From Minisyncoccota bacterium (GTDB lineage: Bacteria > Patescibacteriota > Minisyncoccia > UBA6257): a stretch of 64,000 nt of DNA. The notes below the pieces were generated by a model that searched no databases, was not told the DNA's origin, and was given only the letters and a program-made list of their open reading frames with translations. Made by a program: the position numbers and the translations under genes. Positions 60,186 to 64,000 of the stretch are shown here, in pieces. The stretch's first letter is position 1, and every line of letters starts with the position of its first letter. The stretch covers positions 180,498-244,497 of the forward strand of contig JAQVJR010000001.1 of the NCBI GenBank assembly GCA_028695015.1, read 5' to 3'.

Positions 60186-60405
60186 AAATGTTTCACATGA
60201 AACATTGTGTGAAACAAAGTGTGAAACAATTTCAAAGAAATGGCTTGTTTAAGCGCAAACCCGGCATTCTGGCGGGTTTTGGCTCTGTTAAGCCAAAAAT
60301 AGAAAAATACTCTGATTTATTAGATAAAATGTTTCACATGAAACATTGTGTGAAACAAAGTGTGAAACAATTTTAAAGAAATGGCTTGTTTAAGCGTAAA
60401 CCCGG
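60186..60405 (+). repeat. Two copies (60186-60264 and 60327-60405; 2 mismatches) of a 79-nt element: 16-bp palindrome TGTTTCACATGAAACA + two further direct TGAAACA heptamers + conserved tail ending AAACCCGG
   Basis: Direct reading: 141-bp offset between copies; copy 1 is followed by a weak hairpin aaacccg..cgggtttt; located 180-400 bp upstream of the CDF transporter gene. Confidence 0.8.
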
Positions 60406-60543
60406 TTTTTAAGCATATATTGACTTTATTAGGCTAAAAATAAAATTAATCTTAATTGCTATTAAATTTTGCTTTATTGCAAGGAAAGATAAAAGGTATT
60501 AAATTGTAATTAAGAAATTAGGTTTTATATTTAAAATGAAAAA

Positions 60544-60572
60544 TTGACAAAATGTAGTTATGGGTGTATATT
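60544..60572 (+). promoter_or_regulatory. Sigma70-like promoter TTGACA-N17-TATATT for the CDF transporter
   Basis: Perfect -35 hexamer at 60544-60549; -10-like TATATT at 60567-60572; ATG at 60589. Confidence 0.4.
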
Positions 60573-60588
60573 CAAAATAAACAAAAAA

Positions 60589-61638
60589 ATGAAAGAAAAA
60601 ATTGCTTTAGTTTCTATAATATCTAATATTTTTTTAGCTAGTGCAAAGATTAGCATTGGTCTCTTTTCTAATTTAACAGCTGTTTTGGCAGAAGGAATTC
60701 ATTCCTTAATGGATATTTTTTCCTCAGCTATAGGATTTATTGGTATTAAGATATCAAAGAGACCAGAAGATGAAAAGCATCCTTATGGGTATTATAAATT
60801 TGAGGTCTTGGCGGGGATGGTGATTACCTTAATACTTTTAGTCACAGGAATTGGAATTATTTACGAGGCAGTTCAGAGTTTTGTTAATCCCTCTATAATA
60901 AAGATTCCAATTTTGGCTTTTGGCATTATGATTATCTCTGCTTTAGTTAACGAAATAATGGCTCGATTAAAAATTCATTTTGGCAAGAAAGAAAACTCAA
61001 TCGCCTTATTATCTGATGGAGTCCATTCTCGAATAGATGTTTATGCTTCCTTAGTGGTTTTTATAGGATTGTTTTTAACAAAATATTGGATTTACACAGA
61101 TTCAATTTTAGCTTTTTTAATTGGAATTTATGTTATTAAAGAATCTTTTTCTTTAGGCAAAGAAGCAGCTGATTCTTTATTAGATGTTTCAGCTGATCCA
61201 GAAATTGAGACAAGGATAAATGAAATTGCTAAAAAACAAAATATTCTAATTGATTCTTTAAAGACTCAAAAGAAGGGCTCTGTTATAACTGCTAGTTTAG
61301 AAATAAACTTACCAAGTAATTTAAAAGTCCAAGAGGCAACTGAAATCTCAGATAATTTAAGAAAAGAATTAATGAAGGAGATTAAAAACCTTACTTATGT
61401 AATGATTCAGATTCAAAGCCATGAACTTGAAACAGGGTATTATAAGCCAATGATAGGTCGTGGTTATGGTTGGCAAAGACGTGGCCGATTTAAAAGTAAG
61501 ATAGAGGAAGCAACTGGGTTAGGGCCAGGTGGTTATTGTGTTTGTCCAGAATGTGGGTATAAAATTCCTCATCAGCGTGGCAAACCTTGCTCAATCTTTA
61601 AATGCCCTGATTGTGAAAAAAGCCTAGAGAGAAAATAA
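60589..61638 (+). CDS. Cation diffusion facilitator (CzcD/ZitB-like) metal efflux transporter with appended C-terminal Cys4 zinc-ribbon (start MKEK; track ORF begins at TTG 60544)
   Basis: CDF TM domain with HSLMD and LSDGVHSRID metal-site motifs; C-terminal GYCVCPECGYKIPHQRGKPCSIFKCPDCEK. Confidence 0.75.
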   Translation: MKEKIALVSIISNIFLASAKISIGLFSNLTAVLAEGIHSLMDIFSSAIGFIGIKISKRPEDEKHPYGYYKFEVLAGMVITLILLVTGIGIIYEAVQSFVNPSIIKIPILAFGIMIISALVNEIMARLKIHFGKKENSIALLSDGVHSRIDVYASLVVFIGLFLTKYWIYTDSILAFLIGIYVIKESFSLGKEAADSLLDVSADPEIETRINEIAKKQNILIDSLKTQKKGSVITASLEINLPSNLKVQEATEISDNLRKELMKEIKNLTYVMIQIQSHELETGYYKPMIGRGYGWQRRGRFKSKIEEATGLGPGGYCVCPECGYKIPHQRGKPCSIFKCPDCEKSLERK

Positions 61639-61670
61639 AATCTCTGTTTTAGAAACAAAGATTCTGTTAG

Positions 61671-61741
61671 TGGACTGACCGGGAATCGAACCCGGAATTC
61701 GGCAATGCGAATGCCGTGGTATACCATTTACCTACCAGCCC
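61671..61741 (-). tRNA. tRNA-Ala (anticodon CGC) with G3:U70
   Basis: Acceptor GGGCTGG/TCAGTCC (G3·U70 and G7·U66 wobbles); anticodon stem CGGCA/TGCCG with loop TTCGCAT; T-loop GGTTCGATTCC. Confidence 0.8.
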
Positions 61742-61855
61742 TTTATAAATTTTCTTTTCAAAAGTATATCAAAAAAATAGCATTAATTAAATATTTATTT
61801 TTCTTATTTAATTTCTTTGTTATAATTTGTTATAGTAAAAAATAAAGAATCAAAA

Positions 61856-62110
61856 ATGACAGAAAAAGTGAAAATCAAAATTTACTCATCCCCAGATTGT
61901 TCTTATTGTTATGTGGTTAAAGATTATTTATCACACCAGGGGATTGAGCTCGAAGAAATTGATTTATATGAACAACCAGAAAAGAGACAGGAAATGGAAG
62001 AAATTTCCAAACAAAAAAATATTCCTGTTTTGATAATAAATGATGAAATAATTATTGGTTGGAAAAAAGAAAAAATTGATGAAGCTTTGAAAAAACATGG
62101 AGCAATATGA
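61856..62110 (+). CDS. Glutaredoxin-like protein (CSYC)
   Basis: KIKIYSSPDCSYCYVVKDYL...NIPVLIINDEIIIGW. Confidence 0.7.
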   Translation: MTEKVKIKIYSSPDCSYCYVVKDYLSHQGIELEEIDLYEQPEKRQEMEEISKQKNIPVLIINDEIIIGWKKEKIDEALKKHGAI

Positions 62111-63020
62111 TTTAATTATTCTAGGTGGTGGCCCAGCTGGAATTACTGCTGGTATTTATGCTTCCCGAAAAAAATTAAAAACATTATTAATTACTAAAGA
62201 GTTTTTAGGTCAAGTTGGCCTGTCTTGGAGAATAGAAAACTATCCTGGTTTTCCAAAAATCAATGGTAGGGATTTATTAAAATTATTTCATAATCATTTG
62301 GTTCAAAATGAAATAACTATACAGAATTATGAAGAAGCCATTAAGATAGAAAAACTAAATACAGGCTTTAAATTAAAGACCAAGGAAAAAGAATACAATA
62401 GCCTAGCAATAATCATTGCTACAGGCGCAGAATTAAAAAAATTAAATATTAAAAATGAAGATAGGTTTATAGGGAAAGGAATTTCTTATTGCCTTACTTG
62501 TGATGAAAAGGCTTTTGAAAATAAAAAAGTAGCAGTGATTGGCGGAGGAAATACTGGGGCTGAAGCAGCAATTAGTCTTTTGAAATTTGCTTCAGAAATC
62601 TATTTATTAGAATACTTGGATCATTTGACTTGTGACGAGGTTTTAAAAGAAGAAATTGAAAGTCAGTCAAGAATTCAGGTGATCACTAATGCAGAGACTT
62701 TAAGCTTTGAAGGGAATGAAGAATTAAAAAAAATTGTCTATCAGGAACGAAAAACAAGGAAAATTCATGAAATAGAAACAGATGGTTGTTTTATTCAAAT
62801 TGGTGTTATGCCAAATACAGAATTTGTAAAGGGGTTAATTGATTTAAATAAAAAAGGGGAGATTATTAGTAATTTAAAAACAATGGAAACTTCTCATAAA
62901 GGAATTTTTGTTGCTGGTGATGTTTGCGATTTTCCTTTTAAACAAATTATTGTTGCTGCTAGCCAGGGTGCCTCAGCTGCTCTGTCTGCTTATTTATATA
63001 TCAAAGAATTGAATAATTAA
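62097..63020 (+). CDS. trxB: Thioredoxin-disulfide reductase
   Basis: FAD site DLIILGGGPAG; redox CLTCD; NADPH site VAVIGGGNTGAEAA. Confidence 0.8.
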   Translation: MEQYDLIILGGGPAGITAGIYASRKKLKTLLITKEFLGQVGLSWRIENYPGFPKINGRDLLKLFHNHLVQNEITIQNYEEAIKIEKLNTGFKLKTKEKEYNSLAIIIATGAELKKLNIKNEDRFIGKGISYCLTCDEKAFENKKVAVIGGGNTGAEAAISLLKFASEIYLLEYLDHLTCDEVLKEEIESQSRIQVITNAETLSFEGNEELKKIVYQERKTRKIHEIETDGCFIQIGVMPNTEFVKGLIDLNKKGEIISNLKTMETSHKGIFVAGDVCDFPFKQIIVAASQGASAALSAYLYIKELNN

Positions 63021-63031
63021 TTTCAAAATTA

Positions 63032-64000
63032 ATGAAGAAATATTTTTTATTAGGTTTAATTAGTTTTATTGTAATTTTTGGTTGCGTTGCTGAAAATTCT
63101 TTTGCTCAGGAAAATGAAGTTAATCTTTATTTTTTTTGGGGCCATGGTTGCCCCCATTGCACTCAGGAAGAACTATTTTTAAAATCTTTAGGATCAAAAT
63201 ATCCTACTCTTAAAGTTTATAGTTTTGAGATTTATAACAATAAAGCAAATCGTGATTTATTAATTGAGATAGGAAAAAGCCTAGAAATAGATATTCCTGG
63301 TGTGCCCATAATGATAATAAATGATGAGCCTTTAATCGGTTATCATCAAGATGACACCACTGGCAAACAAATAGAAGAATTAGTTTTGAATTGCTTAAAT
63401 AATGTTTGCTCAGATTCAATTAAGGCTATGCTTTTTACTGATCAAACAACCACGACTACACAACAAACTCCGCCCACAAGCACGACAACAACTACTTTAG
63501 TCAATCAAGAAGAAATCAATGCCTATCTGTTTTGGACAGATGGTTGTCCGCTATGTGCCCAAGAGAAAAATTATTTAGATAAAATTCAAGATAAATATTC
63601 TAACCTTAATATTGTTTATCTTAATACTACTCAGACTAAAAATGCTGATATATTAAAACAAATAATAGAGGAATTTGATATCCAAGATCCAGATTTGCCT
63701 CTATTAGTAATTGGAGAAAAAATTATAATAGGTTGGCACAATGAAGAAGTTTCAGGCAAAACAATAGAAGAATCAATAAAATGCTACACAGAGCAAGAAT
63801 GCCCTGACTTAGTAGGAAGCATTATCACTCGTTTTACTCATTTTGGAGAATCAACAACAGAGAAGCCACTACCAGATAAGATTAAAATTCCTTTAATAGG
63901 TGAAGTAAAAACAAAAGATCTTTCTTTGCCAGTCCTATCTATTGTTTTAGGTGGACTGGATGGGTTTAATCCTTGCGCAATGTGGGTATTAGTTTTTTTA
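63032..64000 (+). CDS. Secreted tandem thioredoxin-like domains (CPHC, CPLC) fused to a CcdA/DsbD-type transmembrane domain; 3' end beyond window; absent from ORF track
   Basis: My translation: signal peptide MKKYFLLGLISFIVIFGCVAENSFAQE; FFWGHGCPHCTQ; T/P-rich linker; FWTDGCPLCAQ; then LGGLDGFNPCAMWVLVFL (DsbD/CcdA TM1 motif). Confidence 0.6.
   Translation, partial: MKKYFLLGLISFIVIFGCVAENSFAQENEVNLYFFWGHGCPHCTQEELFLKSLGSKYPTLKVYSFEIYNNKANRDLLIEIGKSLEIDIPGVPIMIINDEPLIGYHQDDTTGKQIEELVLNCLNNVCSDSIKAMLFTDQTTTTTQQTPPTSTTTTTLVNQEEINAYLFWTDGCPLCAQEKNYLDKIQDKYSNLNIVYLNTTQTKNADILKQIIEEFDIQDPDLPLLVIGEKIIIGWHNEEVSGKTIEESIKCYTEQECPDLVGSIITRFTHFGESTTEKPLPDKIKIPLIGEVKTKDLSLPVLSIVLGGLDGFNPCAMWVLVFL

Noticed and set aside
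60188-60376. ORF 60188..60376 (+) (MFHMKHCVKQSVKQF...)
   Set aside because: Its repeated peptide comes from translating the duplicated TGAAACA element; more parsimonious as a regulatory or RNA repeat than a protein.
60186-60405. CRISPR array
   Set aside because: Only two repeat copies, 79 nt long, with internal palindromes and a 62-bp non-spacer-like interval; no cas genes nearby.
63210-63419. ORF 63210..63419 (-)
   Set aside because: Antisense to the Trx-Trx-CcdA gene, whose frame carries CPHC/CPLC/NPC motifs.

Overview
Very AT-rich bacterial chromosome segment spanning the replication origin (rpmH-rnpA-yidC-jag divergent from dnaA-dnaN, with DnaA-box-like sites flanking dnaA). Gene content and style (small genes, r-proteins with low-complexity extensions, many secreted Cys-rich proteins, a T4SS-like module, standard genetic code) suggest a reduced-genome lineage such as CPR/Patescibacteria; this is inference. 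Most of the window is housekeeping: tsf, rpsB, rpmE, prfA, ssb, rpsF, recA, rodZ-like, ftsK, rpsR, rplY, rpe, rpiB, gap, tyrS, rpsP, gyrB, pheST, yebC, ruvC, PBP1A, dnaN, dnaA, ksgA, clpP, tig, nusA, trxB. There are seven tRNAs and two sub-60-aa r-protein genes (rpmG, rpmH) that the ORF track omits. Accessory content: (i) a type-IV-secretion-like module (VirB6-like, VirB3/PrgI-like, a VirB4 ATPase split into two ORFs, small membrane proteins, a membrane-anchored LAS/M15-like peptidase, a secreted Cys-rich protein) about 2 kb from oriC. (ii) Two tandem paralogous Cys-rich 26-residue-repeat proteins at the left edge; one has a DUF1566-like domain, is cut by the window and is missing from the ORF track. 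(iii) An 1139-aa secreted protein with Zn-PLC/P1-nuclease-like, two lamin-tail and FN3-like domains. (iv) Thiol-redox genes (DsbA-like, glutaredoxin-like x2, TrxB, and an edge-truncated Trx-Trx-CcdA fusion). (v) A duplicated 79-nt element with arrays of TGAAACA heptamers upstream of a CDF metal transporter that carries a C-terminal zinc ribbon. No CRISPR array, rRNA, integrase or transposase was seen.
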